From assembly GCA_951406725.2 (NCBI GenBank), contig OX597830.1:3782001-3846000 (forward strand): 64,000 nucleotides of DNA. Direction: 5' to 3'. The notes under the pieces were generated by a model. It was given only the letters and a program-made list of their open reading frames with translations, made no database searches and was not told the DNA's origin. Shown here in pieces: positions 17,301 to 41,256 of this stretch (the first letter of the stretch is position 1; each line of letters opens with the position of its first letter). The position numbers and the translations under genes are program-made. Source of the stretch: Octopus vulgaris. Its lineage: Eukaryota.

Positions 17301-18506
17301 TTTCAACAATTGAGGGTAAAATTAATTAATTAATTAATCAATTTCACCAAGTATTCAGTATACAAAGGGACCATTTAAGGCGAATTCAAATTATTACATT
17401 ATATAAAAGGGCTTAGTAAAATAAATTACTTTGCCGCATACTGAACTCATTAGAAATAGCAGCTAAAAAAACTTTTTTAAAACTATCTCCAATACTTAAA
17501 GAAAACCTCTCTCATATAGTGTTTGCTCAACTCAACTCCCGAAAGTATGGTGGTAGAGACATTAAAAAATCAAATGCAAAGGTTATTTGAGAACGTACGT
17601 TTCAAGATTAGTCAAAATCGACACTTCTATCATCAGCTCAGAACTTCCTGGTTTGGATTTGAAAACACTGAAAGTGGGAGCATACCCTTTCGGCCTGTTA
17701 TCGCCTCTGAAGATCTGCTCAAAACTAACAGTGCTAGCAAATTCAAATATGCAAGCGAAGAATTTCTGCTCTCCCCTTTCCACCAGCGTGGGTTAAAATC
17801 AGCAAACACTATGCTTTTTTCGGTAAAATCCGAGGCATTATATAGAGAGAGATGAATTATAATTTCAACAATTGAGGGTAAAATTAATTAATTAATTAAT
17901 CAATTTCACCAAGTATTCAGTATACAAAGGGACCATATAATGTAATAATTTGAATTCGCCTTAAATGGTCCCTTTGTATACTGAATACTTGGTGAAATTG
18001 ATTAATTAATTAATTAATTTTACCCTCAATTGTTGAAATTATAATTCATCTCTCTCTATATAATGCCTCAGATTTTACCGAAAAAAGCATAGTGTTTGCT
18101 GATTTTAACCCACGCTGGTGGAAAGGAAGCAGAAATTCTTCGCTTGCTGTATTTGAATTTGCTAGCACTGTTAGTTTTGAGCAGATCTTCAGAGGCGATA
18201 ACAGGCTCGAAAGGGTATGCTCCCACTTTCAGTGTTTTCAAATCCAAACCAGGGAGTTCTGAGCTGATGATAGAAGTGTCGATTTTGACTAATCTTGAAA
18301 CGTACGTTCTCAAAAACCTTTGCATTTGATTTTTTAATGTCTCTACCACCATACTTTTGTGAGTTGAGTTGAGCAAACACTATGAGAGAGGTTTTTTCTT
18401 TAAGTATTGGAGATAGTTTTAAAAAAGTTTTTTTAGCTGCTATTTCTAATGAGTTCAGTATGCGGCAAAGTAATTTATTTTACTAAGCCCTTTTATATAA
18501 TGTAAT

Positions 18507-18509
<3 letters not shown>
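17301..18509. mobile_element. Non-coding hammerhead-containing element: ~560-nt tandem monomer plus inverted copy
   Basis: 17301-17374 repeats at 17863-17936 (period 562). 17935-18509 is a reverse-complement, circularly permuted monomer with a 15-nt terminal redundancy. Confidence 0.85.
18257..18315 (+). ncRNA. Type I hammerhead ribozyme motif (mirror copy at 17586-17643 on -)
   Basis: TGAG-CTGATGA(18264)-tAGA...GTC-loop-GAC...TCTt-GAAA(18297)-CGTACG-TT-CTCA; palindromic stem III; predicted GUU site. Confidence 0.7.
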
Positions 18510-18584
<75 letters not shown>

Positions 18585-18585
18585 G

Positions 18586-18627
<42 letters not shown>

Positions 18628-18666
18628 TATAAAATATATATATATATATATAAAATATATATAAAA

Positions 18667-22273
<3,607 letters not shown>

Positions 22274-22402
22274 ATGAAGAGCGTAGGCTCGAAACGTTAA
22301 AGACTTGTTTTATTTATATTTCCTGAGCGCCATACTAATACAATTGTTCGTTTGTTTTCCACCTGCCTTCGTCTTTTGTTTATTTTCAGAAAGCTTCCCG
22401 TT
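22274..22402 (+). mobile_element. Truncated relative of the minimal-hammerhead repeat
   Basis: ATGA-a-GAGC-GTAG-GCTC-GAAACGTT-AAAG and the shared TTTCCTGAGCG; truncated inside the core by (TA)n. A more decayed relative lies at ~57770-57930. Confidence 0.6.
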
Positions 22403-22425
22403 ATATATATATACAATATATATAT

Positions 22426-22551
<126 letters not shown>

Positions 22552-22594
22552 CATATATATATATATTATCATATATATATATATATATATACAA

Positions 22595-22842
22595 TATATA
22601 GCAAACAAATGGAAAAAAATGATAAATTTTTTTATAAAAAGGATATAGACAATATATATATATTTTTCAGAACTGGGGGAACTTTTCAAAATTTTGGCTG
22701 CGTTAGTTTTGAATTATGACATTGGGCTATGTGTGTGTCAAGTTTCATCCGAATCGGTTGGAAGCCGTGGTCAGGGTGAGGGTACAAGCAAACAGACACA
22801 CAGAAACACGCACAGACAAACTGCCGTTTATATATAGAGAGA
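22595..22842 (-). mobile_element. Partial copy of the same Helitron-like element
   Basis: 22665-22842 matches 4694-4870 closely; the 3' CTAG end is missing; the element abuts the 5' end of LINE F. Confidence 0.75.
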
Positions 22843-22843
22843 T

Positions 22844-28660
<5,817 letters not shown>

Positions 28661-28677
28661 TATATAAATATATATAT

Positions 28678-28811
<134 letters not shown>

Positions 28812-31800
28812 CCTTAAATCCTTAAAAATGTTTTAGCCCGAAGGCCGCGGCCATGCTGGGGCACCACCGCTGAATGAGCCACACTAGTTTGTGAATCCAC
28901 CTCTGATACGTGGCACTTGATCAACAAGGGAGTTCGATGCTGCTGCCCGCATCCGTGTCTCCTGTCGTGAGGTAGGTTCATCTGGGACTCCCAACAAGAA
29001 GAGATCCAGTTTAGTTTTAAAGAAACCCACATCCACACCATGTAAGTCTCTCAGGCATTTAGGGAGGATGTTGAAAAGCTGTGGTCCTCTGAAACCCAAG
29101 CTGTTGCAGTATCTGGACCTGTATTTTGATGGTGATGTTGGAATCCTTGGCACCACGCAGCGGCGCCCCGTTCTGCGGTTGGAGTAACTTTGAATGCCAA
29201 AGTTTGGGACAAGACCCTCCAGGATTTTCCAGATGTATATTACTGCATATCTCTCCCGCCTCCGCTCCAGGGAGAAGAGGTTTAATACCTTCAGTCTTTC
29301 CCAGTAGCTGACATTTTGCATTGAGACGATTTTCTTTGTGTAGCTTCTCTGAGTTGCTTCGAGTTCTGCTGTTTGTTTTATATTGTGTGGTGACCAAAGT
29401 TGGGAGCAGTAGTCCAAGCGGCTGAGGACAAATGTTTTCCATAGGACCATCAGTGTCTCCTTCTCTCTTGTTCTGAAAGTTCGGAGAATCCATCCAGCTA
29501 GCCGTCTGCATTTTATCACCAGATTAGCAATATGCATTTGGAAAGATGCATCATTGCTCATGTCAATGCCCAGGTCACGCACTGATTTTGACTCAGGGAT
29601 TGCAATTCTTCCTGGGCCAGTGTATCCAGTCTTCACGTCATTTACCTTTGTGTGCCAGTAGCGCAGGGCCTGGAACTTACCTGCATTAAACTGCATGTTG
29701 TTGTCCTCAGCCCACCTGTATATTGTGTCCAGCTCATGTTGCAGATGCGCAATATTTTCAGGGTTCTGTATTGCGTGGGAGACCTTTGTGTCATCTGCAT
29801 AGCTAGCAAGGGTGGTCATCGTAGCAACTGAAGGCATGTCTGAAAGGGCCACTATGAACATCAGTGGCCCCAAGACAGTGCCCTGTGGGACACCGCTTGT
29901 TATTTGCGTTTCCCTGGAGGTGGCTCCATTGCTCACAACTGCCTGTTTTCTGTCTTTTAGGAAGTTGTGCAGCCACTCTCCAAGTTTCCCGCCTATGCCG
30001 AGACCACGCAGTTTGTGACAGATCATACCATGGTCGACTTTATCAAAGGCTTTTGCAAAGTCAAGATATATTACATCCACATTTGAGCCATTTAGTAGCT
30101 GTTTCAACACCCAGTCATAGTGTTGCAGGAGCTGTGTTAGGCAGCCTCTACCTGGTCGAAATCCATGCTGGGTGTCAGACAGTAAGTCATTTTCTTCAAG
30201 GAACATGATTAGTTTCTTACGGACTATTCGTTCCATGACTTTGCTGATGTGTGAGGTCAGAGAGATAGGCCTATAATTTTTAGCATCTGCTCTGCTACCT
30301 CCCTTATGGATAGGGCATATTACCCCCTCTTTCAGTTTGACTGGGAGCTTACCACTTGCAAGAAAGCTCTGAAAAAGAAGCTGTAGCGGTTTTGCAAGGG
30401 CTCGTTTGCACGATTTGAGAAGGATCGCTGGGAATCCATCAGGTCCAGCAGCTGAGTTTGTGTCAATCTCATCAATGGCTAGTGTGATATCATCTTCTTC
30501 GATGTTGATGTACTCAATTTTTGTCTCTTTGGCCGCTGGTAAAGTGGCAAAGAATTCTTCTGGGTTGTTTACTTGCCTGTGTCCTAGAGGTGTAGTGAAT
30601 ACACTTTGGAACTGTTCGTTCAGTATTTCACTTATCCTCGTGGGATTTCCTGTGAGAGAGCCATCTTTTTGGAAGAGAGGTCCTATTCTCTGGTGCACTG
30701 TGGCTGTCTCTTTGGCAAACTTAAAGAAAGCTTTAGGGTTTGATTTTATATTTTCTATTACCCAAGCTTCTTTATCTGCTCTCTCCTTTTCATGGGACTG
30801 ATGTAGACTTTTCTCAGTTTCCATTAGCATTCTTTCGAGCCGAGACTTCTCACCACTTTTGGTGTGCTTGCTCAGGCGGTTTGCAATCCTTGTCCGTCGT
30901 CTCATAAGAATCCTCCTTTCTCTAGGGATCCTGTTTTTATTCTTGTGTGTGCTGGCCCTGCACATTGGGACATATTTGTCACATATGGCTTGTATTATGG
31001 ACATGAAGTGTTTGTGTTTCATGTTTATGTCCGGTGTGGAGAGACATTCAGGCCAATCCTGTTTGAGGATCTCTTTCTCAATCGACTTCCAGTTGGCTTT
31101 ATGAAAGTTTAAGTTGGAGAGATGGTGGGTGCTTCGTATAGGCTGTGTGTCTGCGGGGGCTTTTGTTCCATACGTAGACAGCTCTATTATGTTGTGATCC
31201 GAGATCATTGTCGGCATCACATTAACATTATGGATAATATCCATATTGTTTGTAAAGCAGAGATCCAGTATATTATCTGCCCTTGTTGGTTGCAGAACTA
31301 TTTGCTCCATGAAAGAGGTATTTGTGAGATGGAGCAGGGACTCCACCTGTGCCTGCTGATGGTGTGTCATCCCTGGGAGCATCTGCCCCCAGGCCATTCC
31401 ACATTGGGGAGGTTAAAGTCACCCATGAAGAATACACTGTTGTGCTGTTCAAGGTTGGTGAGGACTTCTCCTATTTTTGTTAGGCAGTCTTCAAACATGC
31501 CTGAGTGTTTTGGGGCGTCTGGTGGGCGATATGTAGTGCATATGACGATATTCAGTTGTCTTATGTGTACAATTTGAGTTTCACATACTGAGTTTGAATA
31601 TGACAGCAGGACCTGGGGCGTGAGGTCATCTCGGATGTACATTGCAACTCCACCATGGCTCCTCCCTTTTCTATCTGTGCGTATGACTGCATATTGCGGC
31701 ATGTGTATTTCTGCATCACCTATATCGGGTTCAAGATGCGTTTCTGTGAGTGCCATGCATATAGCTTGATTGCATGTCACAAGGTCTCTCAGGAATGAAA

Positions 31801-31839
31801 TTTTCTTTTTACAGTTTCCGCGCAGCAGCCCTCCTACAT

Positions 31840-32592
<753 letters not shown>

Positions 32593-33478
32593 GTTTAAAT
32601 ATTTGTTGTGCAAGATTTTTTATGTGAAGTCGTGTGTTGAAACAGATATTGTTATATTTCGGAATGGTCATATTGCCAGTTTAGCCAATAAAAACACACG
32701 CACTATATATTTGGTGTTATTTTGCTTCAGTGATATTTATTTTTTACATTAATCTTAATCTTATTTCGGCCAAAGTTCTTTCGTCACACTCCTGTGACCG
32801 CATCAGTGGTCCTTTGTTTTCTTCTCACTTACTTGTGTCTCTCCTTACTAACCGTCAGCCATTTTGTATTTCTATTGTATGTCTTCATTTGCGCATGCTT
32901 ATATCTCTATGTGCGTCTATGTTTATTTAGTGTGTGGGGGGGGGATGTCTGTAATATTTGTATCTTCTGGTTATATACATTCTTGTAATTTGTATTTTGT
33001 TTTTGTTGTTGTTGCTTTTGTTCTAATTTTGTTCATGTGTTTACATCCACCCATTATTATCATTACATATGCTTGTATGTATGTATAACAACAATATTAG
33101 TAATAATAATAATAAATCTAATCGAGAAAAAAAAAAAAAAAAAAAAGAATATACATATACATATATATATATATATACATACACATACATATACATATAT
33201 ATATATACATATATACACACATATATACACATATACATATACATATATATACACATATACATACACATAGATATTCATTTCTATTTCTTTAATTACCTGT
33301 GTATTTATTATGTTTGCAGGATCCACTATTGTCATATGTTGTGGTGTGCGCTATTGCTCCATTCTAGTTTTCTATTCAGGCTAGGTTTATTTTCTATTAT
33401 ATGTGTAGCTTCTGTAATTTGTCTAATTGTTGCATCTGTTCTATGTGTGGACAATATCTTAATCTCTATGTTATTGAT

Positions 33479-33587
<109 letters not shown>

Positions 33588-36372
33588 TTGGCTCAAATAT
33601 ATATGCATTGGCTCAACCAACTAGAAATAGCAAATCTCTCTCAAACTCTTCCTGCTACCTTCAAAAACAGAAAAAACAAAAAGCCTAAATCAGAAACCAT
33701 TATTTGATTGACTAATTTGCGTCAAAACAGACAGGAGACAATCACTAAATTTCAATTAAAACTAATTAAATATGGAATGCAGTGGCAGGTGTGTGTCATC
33801 CTTAGCACTGTGAGATGACAACTCTGTTCCTATTTCAGGCTAATCAGATCTCATCAGTGAGACATAGCCGATTGTTTACTGCAAAATTGTAAGAATTATT
33901 AAATATGATATTGGTGCTTGACTGCAACATGTCTGTTAAAGATTCTCTTCTCATAGCATCTCCTAGTTTATTAAATCTAATTAGTTACTATTTCAGAGTT
34001 GTCTCCACTTATATTTTTGGTTGGAGCTATATAGTTAGATAAGGATTCATTCTCACATCTAAAATTTAATCAATTGAAATTACTTGGGTTACTATTCCAA
34101 GTCTGATAATAATGCTTGCTTGACTATTAAGATTTCTTGCAGCAGGTGTACTTGGATATTTTATTCTGGTCCTTCTTAAAAGTATAGTCTGTGCTAGAAT
34201 AAAAGACAACTGATTCCAACTGGAACTCTGCTGATGGCAGACAGTCTCAAGTATGGCCTGAAAACTAAACAAGTCCGAATTAGATGTTGACTTTAATTAG
34301 TATGTTAACGTTTTAAAATATAGCTTCTTATCAATGGTCGAGAGACAGAAATTTTAGGAAAGTAATATTATTTTGATTCAGCTGTTTGTAAAAGATGAGA
34401 TTGGTTTATGTAGATTAAAAGAGACCATAGAAATACCTCATTAATTTGGAATTTGGTGCTTACTGTAGAATTTATCAAGCTGTATGGACATGAGCAATAG
34501 TATTCAAATAAACTAGAGACAGACGAGTGATATGCTAAACTGATAGCTGCCAAAATTCCATGAAACACAATTACAACAAGAGAGAAATCTTTCTTGGTGG
34601 AAAAGAAAAGTCAAAGATGGAAGATGAAGAGAACCATTTATCATTGTTTCTATCATTAGACTGTGGCAATGCTGGGGCCATGCTGGAGCACCATCTTGAA
34701 GAATTTTTAGCTGAACGAGTCAACCCCAGGACCTGATTTTCTTTTTAGACTGGTACTCATTCTATTTTTACCATTTTTATTTATTTTATTAATCTCTTTT
34801 GCTGAAATGCTAAGTTATGGGGATGTAAACACACCAACACAAGTTATCAAGCAGTGATGGAGGGGGACAAACTCACACACACACACACATAGATATACAC
34901 ATATATACTAGACTACCCATGACCTGTTGGATCACTGGGAAACTCTGAGTTTCCCAGCAATGGAGTTTTGTTTCATGGGTGTTTTTTTTTTCCAGTTTAT
35001 TTTGCATGCTTTCAATCAATGTGACATCAAAATCATGCATAAAGGATTCTTTTCCCCAGAAAAGGAAATATTTGGCTGCCATTTCTGCTACCATATAACA
35101 GGTATTTTGGGTCCTTTAAACAGAACTATGGCACTGAACTCACTGGTGTTGGAGGGCCTCAGAGAACATAGTGCATTGTCACTTTCACTTCACTGAATAA
35201 AAAGAAATAAAATAAGATCACTGAACCCTTTTCACACCAACCCACCTAAAACCAGTGTCAAATCTATTATAAAAACACTGTTTCAAAATGATCTTAATTA
35301 AAAGTTTACATATTATTTTCAAAATTCATTGAAACAAAGATTATATTTCAACAGAAATACGGTAAGAAAAGGGTCTGGACTTGCTTTATTTATTTTATCA
35401 AACCCAGGAAAGATAGAAGACAAAGTCAATTTTAGTGGAGAATAAATTCAGAATGTAAAAAGGTTGTAACTAAATAATACTGCAAGACATTCTGTCCAAC
35501 ATTTTACCATTTCTGCCATGCAATCAATTGTTTGCCAAAATGTTTAACATTACAGACAGACTAATTAACACTTGTACTACTCTAAAAATCAAAGGAACTG
35601 GTATGTATAATTTGAAGCTAAAGATCATTTGATGTATTATATATATGCTATTATTTGGTTCATGGAATCAATTGGTGTTGAGAGGCTAATGAAGGATAAC
35701 AGAGAATGTTCAATAGACTTCTAAAATATTTTCTGAATATCTTTCTTCATTGACAAGACAAACGATGTTCTTTTTATTAAAAATGTAAATTTGGACAATA
35801 TGTCTGATGCTTGATGAGAGAAACATGAGCCATAAAAATGGAGGCTACAAAAGCTGAGAAGAAATAAGCTGTAAATGGTTTACCTGATGTAGCTTGTAAA
35901 TTTGAATGAAATAATGATTCAGACAATTAAAGGAATTGGCTGGAAACTGGAGATGTTGTTTTTATGAGAAAAGACATACCGTGGAGAATATGCAATAAAT
36001 ATTTTTGTGAAGTGAAATGAGTAACATGGCCACCATAGAAAAATGTAATTTTTATGATCAAAAAGGTAAAAAAATATTAACCACAGATGATGAATAGGTG
36101 TATAGATAAAAGTTGTCTGACATGTTTGTGTTACTTTACAGCATAAAGGCACATGGCTTAGTGGTTAGGGCAATCAGTTCATGATTGTAAGGTAGTGAGT
36201 TCGATTCCCAGTGGCATGATGTGTCTTTGAGCAAGACACTTAGTGTCATGTTGCTCCAGTCCACTCGGCTGGCAGAAATCAGTTGGACAGGTAATTAAAG
36301 GGGCCGACCTTGTCACATTCTGTGTCAGACTGAATCTCTCTGAGAACTGCATTAAGGGTACATGTGTCTGTG

Positions 36373-36608
36373 AAGGCAGTGAGTTGGCAGAACCATTAGC
36401 ATGCCGGATGAAATGCTTTGTGGTATTTCGTCTGTCGTTACGTTCTGAGTTCAAATTCCGCCGAGGTCGACTTTGCCTTTCATCCTTTCGGGGTCGATTA
36501 AATAAGTACCAGTTACGCACTGGGGTCGATATAATCGACTTAATCCGTTTGTCTGTCCTTGTTTGTCTTCTCTGTGTTTAGCCCCTTTTGGGTAGTAAAG
36601 AAATAGGT
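36373..36608 (+). mobile_element. Second tRNA-derived SINE family (octopus-type)
   Basis: AGGCAGTGAGTTGGCAGAA...GAGTTCAAATTCCGCCGAGGTCGACTTTGCCTTTCATCCTTTCGGGGTCGAT. Nested in another SINE (GGTACATGTGTCTG repeated on both sides). Confidence 0.85.
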
Positions 36609-39600
36609 ACATGTGTCTGGGAAATGCTCAGCCACTTGCATGTTAATATCATGAGCAGGCTATTCCATTGATCAGATCAACTGGAACCTCCATCATCAAA
36701 GCCAATGGAGTTCCAGTCATGAATAAATAATTTCCTGTATTTCATAAAGAAAAGGCACAACTGAGTGGTTTTGAGAAAGGACCACTGGGTTTTGAGTTCA
36801 GTCTCACTGTATGACAACCTGTGCAACTATCTTCTATTATAGCTGTAAGCTGACTAAAGTCTAATGAGTAGATTTGGTAGACAGAAACTGAAAGAAGCCC
36901 ATCATATATATGTTTGTGTGTGCGTGAGTGAGTGTGTGTGTGAGTGAGTGTGTGTGTGTGTCCTTATCTTGATATTGTGCAATAGATGCCAATGAGCATC
37001 ACTGCCGTACAAGCGGTGTCCTTCATTTCCAATCTTCTATGAAGACACACCCAGCCAGGGTGAGGGTTAGAGCCAGGAAGAGCATACAGCCATAGAAAAT
37101 CTGCCTTAACAAATTCCATCTAACCCATGCAAACATGGAAAAGAGAACATTAAAACAATGATGAATATATATTTCAGAGATAAATCTGATAGTTCTCAAC
37201 ATGAAGTCACAGTCAGAGCTGTGTGGTTCAAATATCCATTTGCAATATCTGGTTTCATGTTCAATCCTTGAGAAAGTTACTTTTACTGAAACCTCAAGCT
37301 GTCCAATAATTTATCAGTAGAAATTGGAGGCTGGAAACTATTTTGAAGCTTGTTGTATGTGTGTGTGTGTGGAACAGAGGTCCCAGGACTGAACATTTCA
37401 CACTTTCCACCCACACTCTACCCTAAGAAATCAAATTACAATTCCACTTCTAATTGCATCTTTCTCTTCCTCATATTTCCTCTTCATACATTATGATTGT
37501 TTTCCAATCCCCTTTCTTGCCCTCACTGCTGTCCATTCCCACACCCTCACACCCACCTCTTATTTTTCTAACCAGGTTCTACACTCATATTCTTGTTACT
37601 CATGAGTATACCCTAGCACAACACACCATCTCTCTTCTGCTCTCACTCTCTCTCCTTCTCTTATTTTTTCCTCTGACTTGGTGACCAAATGTCACCTTTA
37701 CATCAGCACACTTGTTTCTGGCCTCTTTCTATACCTCTTCCCCCCTCTCTCTCTCTTACACGCACACACAAACACACACAGGTAACCATGTACCTCCTTT
37801 ATAGCAAGACACCTGTTTCTGCCTGTCTATTTCTCTGTTACACTCTAACCTTTCATCATCTGATACTGAATCACCTCTTCTAATGCCTCCTCTGTTGCGG
37901 CAAGACACCTGCTTCTGTCTCTTTCTCACCCTCTAACCTTTCATCCTCTGATACAAGTTCCCCTCCTCAAATGTCACTGGCCCTCTCATAATTCCTTGTC
38001 TTGTGAGTGATTTGGTTACCCTGCCAGTGCTGGTGCCAAGTTAAAAGCATTCCGTCCATACTGTAATGTGATTGGTGTTAGAAAGAGCATCCAGCCCTAA
38101 AATCACTACCAAAACAGACACAGTTGCCTAGGGTAATATTTCTATCTGGCCGGCTCCTATCAACCACCCTACCCATGCATGCGTGGAAGATGGATGTTAA
38201 ATGATGATGATGATGATGATGGTCTCCAAATGTTTGTTTTGTTGTCATTTCTTGAAACTGCAAAAAATGTCTGAGTTAAGTCAGAAAAAAATTAAGCCAA
38301 AAGCTCAATTTTAAGAAATTTTATGGCATTTTGAAGTTGGGACTTGGACACAAATAAATGGTAAGTGAACTGTGTCAAAATTTTAGCAGTAAAAATTACC
38401 AGAATTTTAAACAATGGCTTGAAAATATTACATTTTCCACTTGTAACAGTGCCCTTGTAAGAGAAAAATATCAAGGTTAATTGATATTTAGTAATTCCTG
38501 TTGCAATTTTCAATACAAACATGTGTCAGACTTTTTAAAGAATTATCAAAATCAAGTTAGTATTTATTCTTTACTGTTCTGTAGCTTCAGTAAATAATCT
38601 GGTAATTTTCATTGAAGTATATTTTCTTAATTTCATACACCTACAAGAATGCAATGAAAAGATAACTTGTGTCTCTGGAATAAAATTAAGTGATTTTCTT
38701 CATGTTATTGTTACATCTTACTTAGATTTTATTATTTTTTATTGTTATTCAGCAGCATTCATATCTAATTTCTCAGCAGACCTTAGCATATTCAAATGAC
38801 TATTTATAGGCTTGACGCAAATTGCCTGTTACAGTGACATTCTTTGTCCAATAAACATTGCTGAGAAGAAGCTGTGAGACAATCCACTGTATTTTATGTC
38901 CTGTGAGCAATGAACATTATGAAGACACATGTTATTAGTTTTAGACGATAGTTCACAACACAGAATCTAAACTAAAAGTGATTACTTTCAGTCAGTTAGG
39001 CCTCAAAGGTAGAATTAATTTTGTAATTGAAATTACCTGGTCTGGAATTTATCATTGTCTGTATTCATTATATTTAAATAATTACAGACTTATGACTAGA
39101 ATCCACTATTTAACGAAGTTGATTACAAATTTACAAGACTTAATCACAAACTAAATTTTACTACAATCAACCTTCATTCTTTTCCTTCTAAACCTCTACC
39201 GATAAAGAACACAGATCTCATACCCCTTTTGAATACATAATTCTTTGTTTGAGTTAAAGCACTCATACTCTACCCTTAAGTCAAAGAGAGGAATTTTTAT
39301 CATTTCATTCAAATTCTCTGCAGCCTTCAGTAGTTGAATAATTTGAATGACCAACTGTAAGCTTCACTAGTATAATCTATCACAAACTTCATTAAAAATC
39401 TTTCTATTTGCTCTGCTCCACTACCAGTTCCCCCAGCCTCCTGCGAGCCAATATCCATAAACATTCAAGAGGACATTTCACAAGAATATATAGGCATTGA
39501 ATAAATACCTAAATTCCAATTCTTTGAAATCAGTTCACTGTATATTTTTATCATTCTACATTATGGAAAAATACTTTCAAATTCAGATTTTTGTAATCAA

Positions 39601-40369
39601 AACTCATGGCATAGAATTAATGTTATTCTCCCATTTGTATTATTGGATATATTCCAGAAGACTCTAAAATATTCTAGTACCAAAAATACTGATCAGGTTT
39701 TGTAAAGTGTGACTTTACTGCAAAAGAAAGAATCACCTTATTAACCGGATGTGAATTTGAACCCTTATCCCAAGTGCAACAATTTAACAAACAGTCCACT
39801 TGCAGTCTTTCTTTCAAGTTATAAAAGTTTCAAATCAATTAACTCCAAAGAATCACTTTACAAGCTCAAAGACCATGTCCTCACTTACCGTCAAATATGC
39901 GTCCTTTTTAAGCTTGTCTCCACCAGCTTTAGTAAATCTTTCTTAAGTAAAATTCTGATAATTCTCTGAGTAGAATTCCTTCTGCTAAAGTTAACATCTC
40001 TTCTCAATTTGTACCTAATAATCAATGACACCTGACAAATCTCATCGAGTATTTTTTTTATTATTTAACCTCCTTATACTACCTTTTAAATTCTTTTGAC
40101 ACAAGACAATTTTATTTTATTTCACAAATACAATGCACTAAAATGATGTGATTTTCAATTCACTTCAGTCAATCTTCTTATTTCTCTTCTTATGAACTCT
40201 TTTGACTTACACGTGCACACACGCATACATGCATTCCCCTATCTGTCTGTCTCTCCCTCTCTCTCCCCCTATATGTATATATATTTATATATTTATACAC
40301 ACACACACACACACACATTTATATATAAATAGATATATGTGTGTGTGTATATATATAAATGTGACCGTG

Positions 40370-40550
40370 TGTGTACCGTTGGCGATTTTCTTCTTCCTTC
40401 TTCCCTTCCTTGGATCTTTCCTTTTTCTATGTTTCTGACGAAGAGCTCCGCTCGAAGCATTAAATCCTCCTTCTTTCTTTCCTTTCCTGAGCGTCCAATA
40501 ACACTATACTTGATCCACGTCCTCACATTGTTGTGTTTTCATGTTTGGAT

Positions 40551-40558
<8 letters not shown>
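40370..40558 (+). mobile_element. Second copy of the ~200-bp hammerhead-bearing repeat
   Basis: CTGACGA(40435)-a-GAGC-TCC-GCTC-GAAG (mutated core); aligns with 46195-46390. Confidence 0.65.
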
Positions 40559-40593
<35 letters not shown>

Positions 40594-41168
40594 ATTCTAG
40601 AGTAATGCGCATCATATGATGGGTAACTTTAGAAGTATGCATTCGTGACCAGGGTAATATCAGGAAATGTGGAATGCATATAATAATTATAATTTCATTA
40701 AAATTTGTTCATGGTTATATAGAATGATGCAGTGAATTCTATATGTCAAAAGAAAAATATTAAAAAAACAAATTTTTTATTTGTATGATTCCTTCTATAA
40801 CTACTCTGTTATTTACACCCTCTCCTTCTCTCTTAGTGTATGTTTCTTTCTTTCTCACTATTTGGGTGTGTGTGTGTGTTTGTAGGCTTCTTTTACTCAT
40901 TGCCTGCCACCAAGCTTAGTATGTACATTCATCCTACACCGCTTAAGTGTATGTATATTCTCTTATACTCTTTGTTCCCTTTTATCTATATGATTAAAAT
41001 ATGAGTATAGAAATCAATCTACCAGCCAGCCAGCATCTATATTGGTTATTTTATATATACATACAAATATGCATGTGTGTATAGATATAGGTATCATATA
41101 TATACATACATACATATATATATACACACATATATATATCAAAATAAGCAACAAGGATATTCAGAGGA

Positions 41169-41256
41169 ATGCAGTACGATCGTTTCAAGCGACTACATTT
41201 AATTGAACAATGCAACCATTACATCAATTTAAATGCAGAGCAATCCTCAGCTGCAT
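41169..41256 (-). ncRNA. Type I hammerhead ribozyme motif, same family as the 63.1-63.4 kb element
   Basis: Minus strand: ATGCAG-CTGAGGA-long stem II (CATTTAAATTGA/TCAATTAAATG)-GAAA-CGATCG-TA-CTGCAT; 6-bp stem I; palindromic stem III; next to a TA-rich repeat. Confidence 0.75.

Noticed and set aside
17523-18380. ORFs in the 17.3-18.5 kb inverted repeat
   Set aside because: The two arms differ by frameshifting indels and no domain is recognisable; treated as non-coding.
33812-33865. Minus-strand CTGATGA...GAAA hammerhead candidate
   Set aside because: Stem II pairs poorly and no complementary stem I can be formed.
36373-36470. tRNA genes suggested by A/B boxes
   Set aside because: They are SINE heads repeated across the window with non-tRNA bodies; no complete cloverleaf.
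39100-40100. Strand-biased segment resembling a decayed coding sequence on the minus strand
   Set aside because: No long frame or recognisable motif by eye; would need tBLASTx.
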